From positions 7,324,655 to 7,388,654 of the forward strand of contig NC_134033.1 in assembly GCF_964204645.1 (NCBI RefSeq): 64,000 nt of DNA. The letters run 5' to 3'. Below are positions 32,704-45,757 of the stretch, piece by piece. Position 1 is the stretch's first letter, and every line of letters begins with the position of its first letter. A program made the translations under genes and the position numbers. The notes under the pieces are model-generated. The model was not told the DNA's origin. It saw nothing but the letters and a program-made list of their open reading frames with translations, and did not search any database. The stretch is from Tubulanus polymorphus (Eukaryota; Animalia; Nemertea).

Positions 32704-33965
32704 TGATCCACAGCTAGATTTTCGTAGTAACTGAAAAATGTTTCGTAGTATTTAGAAATGTTCTTAATGTTGTTTCCGTATGCGTGGGGGTTACGTTAAA
32801 GCCGTCAGACAAGAACGTACTAGTAGTAAGAATTACGAAAGTTCTTGTTTGATGCTTTCATCTACCAACGCAAACCATAAATCAGTCTATAAACAACAAT
32901 TCTTTCTCGGTTCTTCTGCTGTGAGATCTGGCAAACATTCAGAAAATCTTTATATAAAACTTTTAAATAGTTGGAACCATATTTGGTTGGGTCGGAACAA
33001 TGGAGTGTATTTATAATGAGGCTCGTGAAGGGATCACGCTGATACTTGATGATATTCCCGGCTACTTTCCGTAAAAGGAAAAACCGGAAGTTTAGGAAGA
33101 TGTGGTTGTTTTGCTTATCCTGTATTAAAATAGAATTAGTTAAATTGTAGATAAAATAATTAGTATAAGTATTTCAAATAATTTAAGAATTGATAATCAA
33201 TCACAATGTATTCCGAATCGTAGTTAATTATAATAATTAAAAAAGAAACAATGAATTTGTACTGTAATTAGAAAAGAAAACAAAGTTTTGAAAAGATATT
33301 TAATTTGAGTAATCTAGATGTTGTTTAAGAACAAATTGTTAATAACCGCTAATGTTTTAGAAAAATTAATTTGTGTTAAATGTTAAAACTAGCTGTCTGA
33401 AGTTTCTGTTGTCTGTATGCGCTCGTTGGTAATTCACAGACAATAGCTGCTCTCTCAACAACGACTAGCAAGGAGTGAGTAAATCACAACGCGTCATGAC
33501 AGGAGGGTTGGAAGGAAAAAGTTAGTTTAGCAAATCAGTTTTGAAAATAATTTTAGATCAGCGAATCATTAAGGCCAAATTCTATATGACCAAAACAGTC
33601 ATGACAGTAAGGTTGCTGCTCCTTGCCAAAAGTCGAGTGGGAGAGTCGGTATTTTAAGAATGCCGATTCTTTCTATAAAAGGGACCCGCATCTTGAGAGA
33701 GCAGTCAATCGGGAGAATCTGTACCTTAGTAAGACGAGTGTCGACAGCAGGACAGGAGAAGCTTCGGAACGATAGGGATTCATATAATAGGGATTAGGAA
33801 AATCATTCTCAGGTTCAAGGTAAATAAAATATATTATCTTCAATATTATCATCCGGTATTTCAGTTTATTCATTCGGATTTGTGCACGGACACGTTCTCT
33901 CGCCAGGGCCTTACTCAAGTATTTTATAGATAACGATTAAAGAGAGGATTGTGACCGGTGTATCA
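32704..33965 (+). repeat. 3' LTR
   Basis: Copy of 26735-27996. Confidence 0.95.
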
Positions 33966-36801
33966 ATAGGATATAGAGGTCTGTCGCTGATGCCTGCGCT
34001 GTGGGAAAATTAGCGACAAGAAATCTGAACCCGGATAAGCCAATAAACTCTAGCTGCAATACATATTTGGCGAGTTCGCGATCCCTGTTCTGTTTTTTAA
34101 TTATGCCCAGGTTATTGGGTTCTTCGCCCATATCAACGAAACCAATTATTTTGAATTTGTTACCGTCTCTGACCGTCTGAATTGTCGCTTCGATGCTCAC
34201 TTCGTCGAGTATGAGGCCGCCGATGTACCCACCATCACTTAATTTTAAGCGCTCAGCTTCATTTCGCATCCACTGAAGATTTTCTTGTTGAATTCCTGGT
34301 TCGTGCTTTATCGAATTTTTATACAAACGGAGCAACTGCTGCGAGGGCATGACCAGGAATCCGCTGTTCCGGAGGCTTTCGTATGATTTCGGACTTCGAG
34401 CCCATATCGATAGACATTGTCGTAGAAACTCCTTGTCCCAGCGATGTCCACGGCTGTCATTCAATTTTAACGCTTTTCTGTGTTCGTTAATCAGAGTTTT
34501 CAGTGCATCTGAAATGATAAAGGGCCGTATTAGAGGCTTTTTTACATTATCAAATCTTGTATTTTTTAATCTAGGCCGGGTAAGCCTCATTTATGTAATA
34601 AAACTGTGCACTAAGGCCAATTACAACCAAAGGAATTTAATTTTCTAATAATTCAAAGAGTTTTTTTTCAAAATGATTAATTACCTGGTGCATTTGGGAA
34701 TATCGTGTCCATTATTTTAATAACATCTCCCTCGTTCGATAAGTCGATGCTGTCCGACGATGTCGTGGGCTCGTACACCACAATTCTACTACATGGACAA
34801 CAGACGTGAGACGATTTATTCACCAAAAACGACAAAACTCTCTTGCACGATTTCGTTCTTAGGGACAGTTGATGGTCAGAGCCACACATGACATTTTCAA
34901 CCAGCACACTACGGATCTTAGTAATATTTGGTTTAACTTGCCTCTACATAGTTCAATTTTTTCGACTATTAACATTATAGCCCTCACGTCTTCAATTGAG
35001 GAAAACGTGTCTTTTACGCGTAACGAATTTAAATCGACTTTGGCATCTGTACTACTTCCAATATGTAGGCTCCAATCAAAGTTCTTAGAGAATTCTACAA
35101 TTTTGCAAACTTTGATGCTGTTAATCACCATAGATGTGTCTACTTCCAATGAAACAGTGTCATCATTTGCACTCATTTTGTAAGAGCCGTAAGTATTTTG
35201 AAACAATTGCTGTAGCTCCTTTAAAACATTGTCACGTATTAATCTGGTTTTTGGTTCGGCTGCTGACAACGACAGATTTTTGTAGAAATATTGCCGGGTA
35301 TTTCCAATGCCTGGTCGAATTATTTCGGTTTTTGGAAATAATGCATGCATAAATGCACCGAACACTTTCTTGTCACATGGCTGTGTTTGTTCTTCACGAC
35401 AGTCGTGCTGATATTTATTGAAAAGTTCGTCAACTCCTATCACTTCTGAGCCGGCGAAAGTGACATTTGCGGCCAACCTGTGTAAAACAATCACTAAAAT
35501 AGAAATCGCCCCTCTTTGAGGAATTTTTGGTTTGAAAAGATAAAGTCTGGAAGATGCTCCGTACGTAAGCCTACACAATCCGACTATTATCGATACTAAC
35601 CAGGAAACAGCCATGGATATCAGAAGCCCAGTCATCTTTCAGCGTGGTTTCACTTTACCAGCTGTCAAATCAAATTTCAAATTCCCCGCGGTCGGCAACT
35701 TAGCACGGAAATTTCCGGAAACATCCGATCATTAAAAAATCATTTCACCGCTTAATTTACTTATACACAGATCTCAAAAAACAACTACGCACCTTACTAT
35801 GGTTGAGTGATTTGCTGATTTATTTTTTGGCACGCATTTTTAAACTTATTTTTTTAAATTATATTTATTTTGGACCTATCAAAGGTTATTTTGGCCTGCA
35901 AATCGTGACTGCTGTCACGTGACTCGACTTGCGATGAACGTAAACAGATCGAAAGCCGATGGTCGACATTTTTTCAATTCTCTCGAGAATTTGTGCTCGT
36001 AACGCCTCCGAATGTTTAGAAATATCCTGAAATCACCATCGAGTTGAAGGATAAGACTGTTGTGCGTCGTTTGATGTATGGTTTGTGGTGTTTAATGCGT
36101 GAAACGGACAAGATCTCCTCAGTTTAATGCGCGCACTCGCCTGTAAATCGCGTCGAAACATTTGCCGTGCTGGGTTATTTTGGCCGATATTTTGGAGGAA
36201 AACCGCGATTTCGATGTGAAATATTCATCGTAGAGCGATAGTCATAGGCTCATTGAAAAAAGTAAGTCTTCTAGTTTTTATAAGAGTTTATTTCGTGTAA
36301 ATCGGTTGAAAATTCGGGAAATGACAGTCGATTGAATTGAGAAGGTAATGTACAGATAGTCGATTTAGTTAGCTCCCTTTTCTTTTTTATACAGGGATAC
36401 TGGTATCATCCATTCATTATCAAATTGTGACAAGCCCCTGTGGACCAACCAGTATATCTATTCCCAGTACGCACCAACCGGCACAGGCCTAACACTGTTT
36501 GTCAACTGTGTGTACCGTAGTAGGCTATCGATAATCACCTGATACTTTTCTGTCGTTTGTTTTCTCTCTGAGACGAACGTAATTCTAGTAGCCCTCCGCG
36601 ACTCAACGACCTTGATTTAAACTTGATCAATTCAAAATCTGTTTATTGACGCTTTTGGTTACATGAACTGATCAGCAATAAAGTTAAATGAAATAACCGG
36701 AATAACAAGAAATCAAAATTATTAAAGAGGTATGTAACAAACAAATGCCCGTAAACCTGTCAGATACACGAACGCCGGACTCATAAACTATTGGACTCGG
36801 A

Positions 36802-37070
36802 CCCGCTGAGCAATCACTATCAGCCTGTTGCTGAATTTGAGCGGAAAAATAGCTGAATTATGAGCGGAAAATGGGCTGAAAATGAGCTGGAAATAAGCAG
36901 AAAATTGTCTAGCTGAAAATGAGCTGAAATAAGGAGGAATTTATAAGTGCCTGAAAATTCAGCTAGATTTCAGCTCAAATTACGCCTGGCAACAAAAGGC
37001 TGAAAAGGAGCTGAAAATGTGCTGGAATTTCAGTGTCTTCTATTTCAGCTAATTTTCAGCTCAAATTCAT
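36802..37070. repeat. Probable left end and subterminal repeat field (AGCTGAA in both orientations) of an EnSpm/CACTA element
   Basis: CCCGCTGAGC / CACTAT followed by many GCTGAA/TTCAGC motifs upstream of the transposase; matching right end not in the window. Confidence 0.45.
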
Positions 37071-39648
37071 CCAGAAATCGTGACAATTTTTTAATCATGT
37101 TATCACAAACGAAAAAACCTTCACCATCTACACTTGTGTTTTGATGAAATTCTGCTTGAAAGAGGAATTTTACATAGGAGAGCCTCATGATTCATTAGGT
37201 ATGGTAATGCTCTATAATTTGGTTTGATTTCAGGAGCCTGTCATGGTCAACATTTGCCGAATGCGCACGCAGTAAGAGGACCTGGCCACCACAATTCAAT
37301 CACGACGAGCTTTGGAAGCATATTAAATGAGATAAATCAACTGGGACCTTAAGAAAATTATATAGTATGGCAGTACAAAGAGCAACCTTAGTAGTGACAT
37401 AGACCTAGCCTAATAATGGGAATTCTATGTGTGATGATTTAATAAAGATTTTCAAAGTAAAAATTATTCAAGTCTTTTTCTGATTTTTAGTCTCGACTGT
37501 GGGCATTTTTGGGTTGTGAACCCTGGGCACTGGAATGTAAAAACCTTATTGCCAATAATCTTCTGAAACGTAATGAGTAGGGATGAAAATATGTGATGCA
37601 ACCTAGGGTTTTTCACGAAAGCCACGCAACGCTATTTTCATCGCAAATCCTCGAGTACCACCAAATTTGCAAAAATCTCCGTATACACTAAAATCCACGC
37701 AAATAAGAGGAGGAAGAATCCAGCTATAGAGGCGTTTAAGTGAAATATTGACGCAATATATCAATCTGCAATGAGGTTTTACTATTGGACTGGTTCCCGT
37801 TGCGTAAAAATTGCGAATCATTATCGTGAATACCACACGCAATGCACACTGATTTTCATCGCAAATGGTCTCGCAACGCAATTCATCCACGCAAACTTGC
37901 GTAACGTTAGCGAATAAGGTCCCGGGGCTAAGTTGTATCGATCATGGTGGTCTATGTCGCCGGTTTCTGTGAGCAGAGCTTCGGCATCTGCCACTGTGAT
38001 ACAATACTAAGAAATCGACTGTAAGACATCCTCCACATGTTAACTAAGAGCTAATTTTAAAAAGTTGCAGGAAATGGGTCAACAAGTGTCAAACCCAGAA
38101 CAAAGGCTTCCGACAAAACACACTGAACATAATTCCGTTATTTAATCATCTTTATTTGTTAAACTATTCATTATCAAATAAAACAACATCTAAATGATAA
38201 CATATAAATTATCAAGGCATGAAGGAAAACGAAGATACTGACCTAAAATATCAAAAACGTATATGATTATAAAAAATCGTATTTCAGTTGAATTGAAATT
38301 TAGCTCACCTTGCAGGAAATGGGTCGTCAGGTGCCATGTTACTGCCCTAAGTGAGATGGGCTCCTCGTGAATAACAAAACAAGAAACCGTCACAGGATTT
38401 TTTCAGACATAGGCACACCTGAAAGAGATTTGAAATCACCAGTCAGAGAAATGGAGGTATAATAGATTGTGACTTATCGGTTAGAAAAAATATTATAAAT
38501 TTTGAATCCAGACCAAAACATACCACTACAATACAACATCCTGGGCTTGCATTTCAGGTGTCAATAGAGGAGGATCAATCAAATGAAAATACTGATGATA
38601 ATGACTTCAATGGCGGAAACGATGACTTCAATGGCGGAAACGATGTTGATGATGACGGGGATGATGATGGAGACGATGATGATGATGACGTGGATGATGA
38701 TGGAGACGATGATGATGATGGAGACTTCCATGGCGTAGATGATGATGGCGATGATGGAGATGACGGGGATGCTGGTGGCATAAATTATGGTGAACACGAT
38801 ATATTTAATCTACCAATCTATGAAGGGAGTAACGTCAATGTGATTCAGTACTTAGGCATGACCTCATCATTTTATGTTAAAAGTACCATGTCAAAAACAG
38901 AATTTTCTCGAATGTTATATTTTATACACTGTATTCTGCCACAACCAAACTTAACACCAAAATCGGTAAAAAGATTAGATACTTTACAGAAGTACATCAC
39001 AGGAGAAATACGTGTCGAGAAAGTTTGCAAGAATGGTTGCATAATGTTCTGGCTGGAAAACCGTGACTTGATACACTGCAACAAATGTGGATCAGATGAA
39101 AAAGTTGACTTTTCATGGATGCCGCTGATCCCATATTTAAAAGGTAACTTTACAGACTAAATGTGATTATCATTTTATAGTAAATGAACTTTACGTGAAA
39201 TTCTTGAATCTAATTCATAAGACAAGAATTTAATAAAAAATGCTATCTAATCCTAGGACAGTTTGAACATTTTAATATGTCTCGAAGAGTAACGGAATAC
39301 ATAAGACAAAATGATGGCGACAGGTAAATAAATATTTATTAACAATCTCTCTAGCTAATATGTTTAATTACATTTTGAGAAACATGTTTTACCAATTTCG
39401 AATTCATGAAAACACTATTGATCCTTTTCATAGAATATACAGCACACATCAAACGGATTCATGGCAGGCTTTATACTCTGAAGATGGAATGTTCAATGGC
39501 GATAGGAGAAGCCTGGCATTATTCCTGGCAATGGATGGAACAAATGCTTTCAAAAAGAAAAAACATTCAATCTGGCCAATTATGATCAATTTTTTTAATC
39601 TGAGGTGAACGATTTGTTTGGATATCTTTGTAATTCTGACACTCTAAA

Positions 39649-39811
39649 GGGGTCATTCAATTATTACGTACGCATTAGGGGAGGGGAGGGGTCACTGCAA
39701 TTGCATAGTGTAATGCTTAATGTATATGCAAATATGGCCGATTTTGCGTACAGATGGAGAGGGGGGTTGAAAAATTCAAATTTCATGCGTACGTAATAAA
39801 TGAATGATCCC
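39649..39811. mobile_element. MITE (PIF/Harbinger-like) in an intron
   Basis: ~26-bp TIRs GGGGTCATTCAATTATTACGTACGCA / TGCGTACGTAATAAATGAATGATCCC; AAA and TAA flanks (imperfect TSD). Confidence 0.7.
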
Positions 39812-40332
39812 TAACTGACATTCTAACTCTGATAAACAAAGTTTGCCCAGGTATTGAAATATAATGCTAGCTAATCGATTATTAATGCAAATAATATTTG
39901 AATTTTTAGACCCTCTGAAGGAAAAAAATGTGAAAACACATTTATCTATGGTATAATGGATTTAGAAAGAAGAAAGAGTATAAATGGTTTCTTGGAACCG
40001 TTGATTAAAGAACTTAACATCTTGTATAATGGAATCGACACATTCGATGGCACAAATAACGAACAATTTGTATTGAAGGTAAAACAATGCATTGTGAACC
40101 CATCAAAACAATGGTATTGTTCAGTATGAAAAATTCTCCTATGTGACCTTTTAATTGAAATACTTCGTAATCTAGGCCAAGTTAATCATGGTTCGCGGAG
40201 ATTATGAATCGCATTGCTTAGCGCTGATGCACCAGCCTGCCAGTGGATTCAACGGCTGCATTAAATGTATGAACCCTGGAATCCATCAAAATCGAAGGCA
40301 AGGCAATTTTTTTACGATACATAGACCTATAT

Positions 40333-40611
40333 AAACTAGGGGTCCAGGGACACCATGCCCACTTGGGAAGTGGTTCCAAATGCTCAACAATCTATCAATA
40401 TGTAAAAAGTGTTGATCTTGGCGAACAACAATGGCTGCCAGTCGGCCATCTTGATTTTGACAGGGCCAGTTTTTGGGCTGAAGATGTGTCTAGGGTAGAT
40501 ACATGTGTCAACCAAATATCAAGACATTACATTGAAGCGTCTTAAAAACTTCCCAAAATAACTGGATTCCGTCTACGGACGGACGGACGGACGTCCCAAG
40601 TGGGCTAAAAA
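40333..40611 (-). mobile_element. Non-autonomous Helentron (HINE/DINE-like)
   Basis: Subterminal inverted repeats GCCCACTTGGGA/TCCCAAGTGGGC, (GTCC)n microsatellite, 3' hairpin, T-tract flanks; homologous to 49405-50190. Confidence 0.72.
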
Positions 40612-43539
40612 GACAAACATCATAAATACTGATACTGAATATTGTTCTAGATATTTACCACATGACCACATAAACCGCGGAGTAGGACCATTTATTAGTG
40701 ACGATGGCAATAACACAAACAACATCAATGAAATCCGTCAACAACCTGTAGCCAAGACACACGACATGTTGATGAGAAGCGCTTACAGAGTTGACAACGG
40801 TACCTGTATCAGAGAATAGCAATTATCAATAAAAGAGGTAAAAAAATGTTAATATTTTCGATTTGAAATTTTAGGTCTCATTAGGCAAGAAAATGGTATA
40901 AAAGGAAGATCGATTTTCTTCAGTTTGGAAGGGTTTAACGTCAAAGAGTATTTTGCATTATAATCCAATAAGCGGCATGTTAGAGAAATTTGTCGAAGTA
41001 TTCATTGGCGCAGAAAGAAGAGATGGTAAGGCAGTTCGACAGTATGAAGAAGTTCTTCAAAGAAATGATCAATGTTGGGTATGCAATGCAACACTTGTAT
41101 ACATAAGTAACATGGTCCATCCACCATGGAATCTCTTCGTGACAAATTCTCTTTCAGTTACTAGACGATAATGCACCACAAGCTGCGTGGAATTTAACCA
41201 TTGATGAAAAAAGATTGGTCAAAGAGAGGTGGCAAACTATAAAGGCTCCACTAGGGTGTTCGTTTTTTCAGGATGCTAATCCTCTTGAGCCGATATCAAA
41301 CGTTAAGTCTTACGATTAGATTGAGGTAGCACTGTTCACGATATCACGTTTTACTTACCTTAACACCTTACTTGAAATACTTCTACTACATTCTTTGTAA
41401 TTTAGGGTGCCATTCATGGACCACTTGTATTTTGTCTGCGTGGTATGTTAGGTGAAGCACAACGTACAACATTCTTTACTTACTGTAAATTGATTGAAAG
41501 TAAGCATTAATGAATGAGAAAATCATTCAGTTCAAAATCTATTGAGTAATCAAGATTGTTGTTTACAGGATCAGGACATGTGATTTTCGGTATTTCAGAA
41601 ATCTTTACCGCAAATACAGATCGCGAATGGGATGATTTGACAATAAACATCAGTTCAATGCTAGTTGGCATAGAGAGAAATTATCTAGCATCATTGTTAA
41701 CTTTACATTGTCACAATCATCACCACCTCATTCAATCTATCAGAAGATTTGGAACCGAACATTCAATTACCATGTTTTCTGCCGAGTCATGTATCCACAA
41801 GATCAAGTCACTGATAACAGCTAAAAAAAACGTAGAGAAAAGTTTTATGAAGAAAAACAAGGTAGCAACTAAAGACTTATTTCGGAATTATCACTGCATT
41901 TAAGAGACGTACCTTTTAATGAAATGTACATTGGAAGTTGTTTTCACCTATCTTCGGTACAAATTATTTTCAGGCTTTTCTTGTCTACAATGCAGCAAGA
42001 CATTTGCCAAATGTTAATGTGCCATTTCAATTAAGAGCTTTATGGTCCAATGTAAGTATTAAATTATGATATCAAATCATCAATGGTATCTGAAACAAAT
42101 TATCTTGTTTGTTTCAAACAGGACTTTCCAAATGAAGATCAAGGCAGGATCAGAGCCTCTATGACCTATTTAGAATACGTTAACGGCAATTTCGATTCCA
42201 ACTTGTTTGGTCGCTCAGCTGTAGAAATAGATCATCAAATGCTACAAGATCTACAGGAATATTTCGAAGGGTACAAAATGACAGAAGTTCATCAATATTC
42301 ACAACTTACCACTGACGCACTAAGCATTTCATATTACTTGTTATTCCAGCAACGAAATAGACGCAGTACAAAAATACGACCAGGCACTACTTCCAGACCA
42401 CGACGCAGAAATGCTCTACAATTTCAGAACAGAAAGGTGAGAATGCTAACAATTTCTGTCAGAATATTTAGCCATGGTTAACACACAAGATACACTAATC
42501 AATAATTATGCCTTATTGGCTTTTAAAAGTTATGAAGTAAGACTCAGATGCACGACACGAAGCAGTTTTATACAGATAGAATTCGAAGAAAATGCTTGTA
42601 GAAAAAATAGGAGGAATCAAGTTTTCGTGGAGGGAGAGCTAAGATATACGTACATTGCAAAAATCTTTTGCTTTATAAAATGCAATGGAGAAGTATGTAC
42701 ATTGTATGTTTTAAGTGGAATCCGAGAAAGTTTAATTCACTTAAATTCATTGAGCAATCATCTGCTGATATATTTTCAGGAACTGGCGGTTATATCATGT
42801 TTCGATAGGCCGCATATGGATCGTGCAACTGGATTTTGGTGGGCGGATGTAAGGGAGGAATTATTCCCTCCAACTATCATGCCTTTACAGCATTTACTGA
42901 AATGCCAAATAATGATAGCCAAAGAACATTTCAAAATATGGGCACTATCGTTAATATAATGAAAGCTGATGGCAGGTAGTGACTAATTATTATTTGTCAA
43001 CTGACCTGTTACAGTTAATTGAAAATGACGAATCGATGGATTCAATAAAAATATTTTTCTTTAAATTGAATTGGATTAATATTGATAGATTTTCCTTTCA
43101 TTTGGGCATTTACCATGGTTTTATCTCCGTCTTAAAAGTATATTAAATTGAAAGGATTTTAGAATTTGATAATCGAAACAAACAAAACACGATACCTAAG
43201 GAAAATTGCGCAATCACACCATCCACGCAAAAATTCCAGTAGCATCCAACTCGTTGCCCTTGACCTAGTGAATAAAGTAACGGAAAAATTAAAATCTAGG
43301 GCTCAAAATAAATAATGTCTATAATCTAGTGAATAGCCGATTATATTTAGTAAAATATTAAGGAAATGATTTTATTCATCTTCATATCCACATAAATATC
43401 GACATATGCAAGAAATCTCATTCAATTATTTTGAACTGAATAGTAATTGACGCTACATAGATAAACATTCGTCTGCTTGTCATTTTGCTGTCGGACGTGC
43501 TACAGTCGTTTCTTCCGACCGAATTTATATCTTATCAAA

Positions 43540-43981
43540 ATGAATAACATTGAAATGATTGACGATTTTCTTTCAAATCCCGAGGTAAGGAAAACCATCC
43601 TGGTATTCAATAAATAGTATGTTTTAAAAGGCCAATAATTTGATTTGTTGACTGATCACTTGAGTAAGTTTCCATTTGCTTTAAAATTTTTGAATTTTTC
43701 ATAATCAAAAACTCTAAGATCTGTTTTTTTAGATGCTGTCAACGATAGACACAAATGGTACGTACTTGATTTATCATATTTTCACCAATATTCCAAAATC
43801 GCTTTTTCTTTCGTTAATACTTAAGTTATAATTATATTTCAGCCATAACCCAAATGTTGGATGACGCCGAGCCTGAAGAGGTCAATGAAATAACCGATGA
43901 ACCAAAAAATAACAGCACTTACAAAAGAAAGGAAATAAATGTTAGTATTTTGATTACAAGCAGGCCTAATACCAAAGCAAT
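43540..43981 (+). pseudogene. Possible 5' exons of a second spliced gene (EnSpm accessory ORF?), cut by P2
   Basis: ATG exon ending GAG|GTAAGG, short exons bounded by TTTTAG/GTACGT and TTCAG. Confidence 0.35.
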
Positions 43982-44066
43982 AGTAATTGGAATATCAGGG
44001 GTTCAGATCAGAGGACGAGAGGACGAGACACCACTCATCACCACAAGTAATTTTTTTTCCTAATAA

Positions 44067-44393
44067 ATGGGAGATAGAAAAGCATTCTTAGCAACAATAA
44101 ATAACAGAATAAAACCAGCAAAAAAACAATTTGAAATAAAAAAGTTAATTGATGTTACAAAAGAAATTGAACATAAAATATTGAAATTAGAAAAGGTTAA
44201 AACTAAATATGGAGATAAAATATCAGCTAATTTAAGCTACTGTAATGTTAGTACATCGCGAGAATTTAAAGTGTTTTTACCTGATAAATGGGTTTCATTG
44301 AGTACAGAGGAATTAAAAGATTTAGAAGGATTTAAAATAATCTATCATGGGAAAAATGAAGACGGTCATCATGATTTAGAAATTGTTGATTAA
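44067..44393 (+). CDS. Homolog of P1 13072-13413 (possible OB-fold protein)
   Basis: KYGDK, F...LPD....LS.E.L..L, Y.GKNE.GHH shared; T8-N5-TAAATG start. Confidence 0.8.
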   Translation: MGDRKAFLATINNRIKPAKKQFEIKKLIDVTKEIEHKILKLEKVKTKYGDKISANLSYCNVSTSREFKVFLPDKWVSLSTEELKDLEGFKIIYHGKNEDGHHDLEIVD

Positions 44394-44420
44394 ATAAAAA
44401 ATAAAAATAATGAATATCTA

Positions 44421-45284
44421 AATATGACCTTAGTCGTTTTACGAACAACTACAATCATACCAGTCAAACATCTGTTACATGTTATTATAAGAGAGTGCTT
44501 CATTTGAATATTGATCGATCAAACAGGTGTTGCAATTCAACGTTGTTGTTATATTGGATAGCTAGCAGTTATATAATAAGCACGCAGTACATACAACACA
44601 CAGGATACATTCTCTCTCGTGATTAAAAGGAATATTTCGGTGTTTTTAAGGTAAGTTTTAGCAAAATTGCCCTATCCTCGACCTACAGAGTTTTCAGGGG
44701 ATAAGCATCCCATTATTGAAAGGCGCCACGGGACGCTTATCCCCCGTCATTTCTACTTACACCCCGCGACCCACGTCAACCGGGATCTCCTTCAATGATT
44801 GGCAGAAATCACATTATATTAAAGGCGCCTAATGTAATTTCTACCAATCTCGAAATTCGAAACCGAAGGAGAAACCCGGAGAGTGGACGAAGGTGCATTT
44901 TCAAAATGCCTCTGCTGGCCAGAGCTACTCCAGAATTGGAATGAATTGCCTTATATACTTAGCTAAAACACCTAAGTAAATGTTGTTGGTGATAAAAAAA
45001 TATATGAAATTTGAAATTATAAATTATTCCGAATGAAAAGAATATAAGAATTAAAACTGATTAATGAATTATGGATTTTTAACTTAATTATGATATAATT
45101 TTTAATTAAATTAGTAATCAATTACTATGTTAATTGATTAACAAATTCAAACTCAAATTCAAATATTCATTTTAGTATCACACCCAGTGCTGCCATCTTT
45201 CAATTTAAGAAAAAACTAATAATAAGAAACGACTGTAATACAATATTCAAGTAAAAACTTCAAATTAAAAAAACAAGATAAATT
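44421..45284. mobile_element. Unclassified 864-bp non-coding insertion in P2 flanked by a 21-bp direct repeat
   Basis: AATAAAAATAATGAATATCTA at 44400-44420 and 45285-45305. Confidence 0.55.
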
Positions 45285-45432
45285 AATAAAAATAATGAAT
45301 ATCTAGAATCCGAAATGACTTATCTGGACAATTTAATTGCTCCGCATAGATGGTGCCATAAACGGCACCCACACAGTGATAGACAAAAGTAGTGAGATAT
45401 TCAATTATTTTTTTAAATTTTTTTCTAAAATA

Positions 45433-45757
45433 TTAATCCATTTTTTTTATTGTCAATTTTGGAATTTCAGAAGTATTTTCATTTTTAATAGCAGTTGTTT
45501 CAGAATTATTAATATCATTAAATTTATTTGATTTCTTATACCAATTACACCCAATCAAAATGAATACAATTACAAATCCAACCGTACAATATAGATATTT
45601 ATCAAATATTCTATCATTAGAAGGAGTAGAAATAACAATATTTTCACTATTTTTATCAACATTTTTAGGGTTTTCTGTTATTTCACAGAAAACCCTATTG
45701 ATATCCGCGTGATTATTATTATTATTATTTTCTTCCACACTATTTTTACCAAAAGAA
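45433..45757 (-). pseudogene. 3' part of a single-TM Polinton protein; its TAAATG start probably lies at ~50390, separated by an insertion
   Basis: TM YLYCTVGFVIVFILIGCNWY and MD* ending as in P1 3383-3778; orphan start MVGEKKIKSKN at 50390-50358. Confidence 0.5.

Larger units (their letters stand above)
26735..33965 (+). mobile_element. Ty3/gypsy-like LTR retrotransposon, non-autonomous (gag + protease only)
   Basis: Two 1262-bp LTRs TGAT...ATCA, 4-bp TSD ATAG (26731-26734, 33966-33969), PBS, PPT; no RT/RNaseH/IN motifs. Confidence 0.93.
25255..35635 (-). pseudogene. Full-length multi-exon P-element transposase, split by the LTR element and carrying stops/frameshifts
   Basis: SPKSYESLR...MPS, LILDEVSI (D1), YILL|FWDAI rejoined across the LTR insertion, LDGALTNR (D2), FIMDIKHGLKKIRN (DxxH), KMRNHLA, NSDSIENHFC (E). 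Confidence 0.88.
283..36442. mobile_element. Fold-back composite P-superfamily DNA transposon (about 12 kb without its nested Polinton and LTR element)
   Basis: Ends CACAGGGGCTTGTCACAATTTG...CAAATTGTGACAAGCCCCTGTG; exact 8-bp TSD GACCAACC at 275-282 and 36443-36450; internal P-type transposase motifs. Confidence 0.88.
38558..42959 (+). pseudogene. Multi-exon EnSpm/CACTA (Transposase_21-like) transposase, probably decayed
   Basis: LPQPNLTPKS, VCKNGCIMF...CNKCG, LAMDGTNAF...SIWPI..FNL, FLEPLIKEL..L..GI, RGDY, GCIKC, GIKG, HHL..SIRRFG...MFSAES; GT-AG introns; Asp-rich GAT repeat ~38590-38770. Confidence 0.78.

Noticed and set aside
37602-37930. Possible MITE with degenerate inverted ends
   Set aside because: Terminal similarity too weak and no TSD identifiable
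44067-44393. Polinton gene captured by the EnSpm element
   Set aside because: Better explained as the true left arm of P2, given the terminus at 43982 and the shared non-coding element
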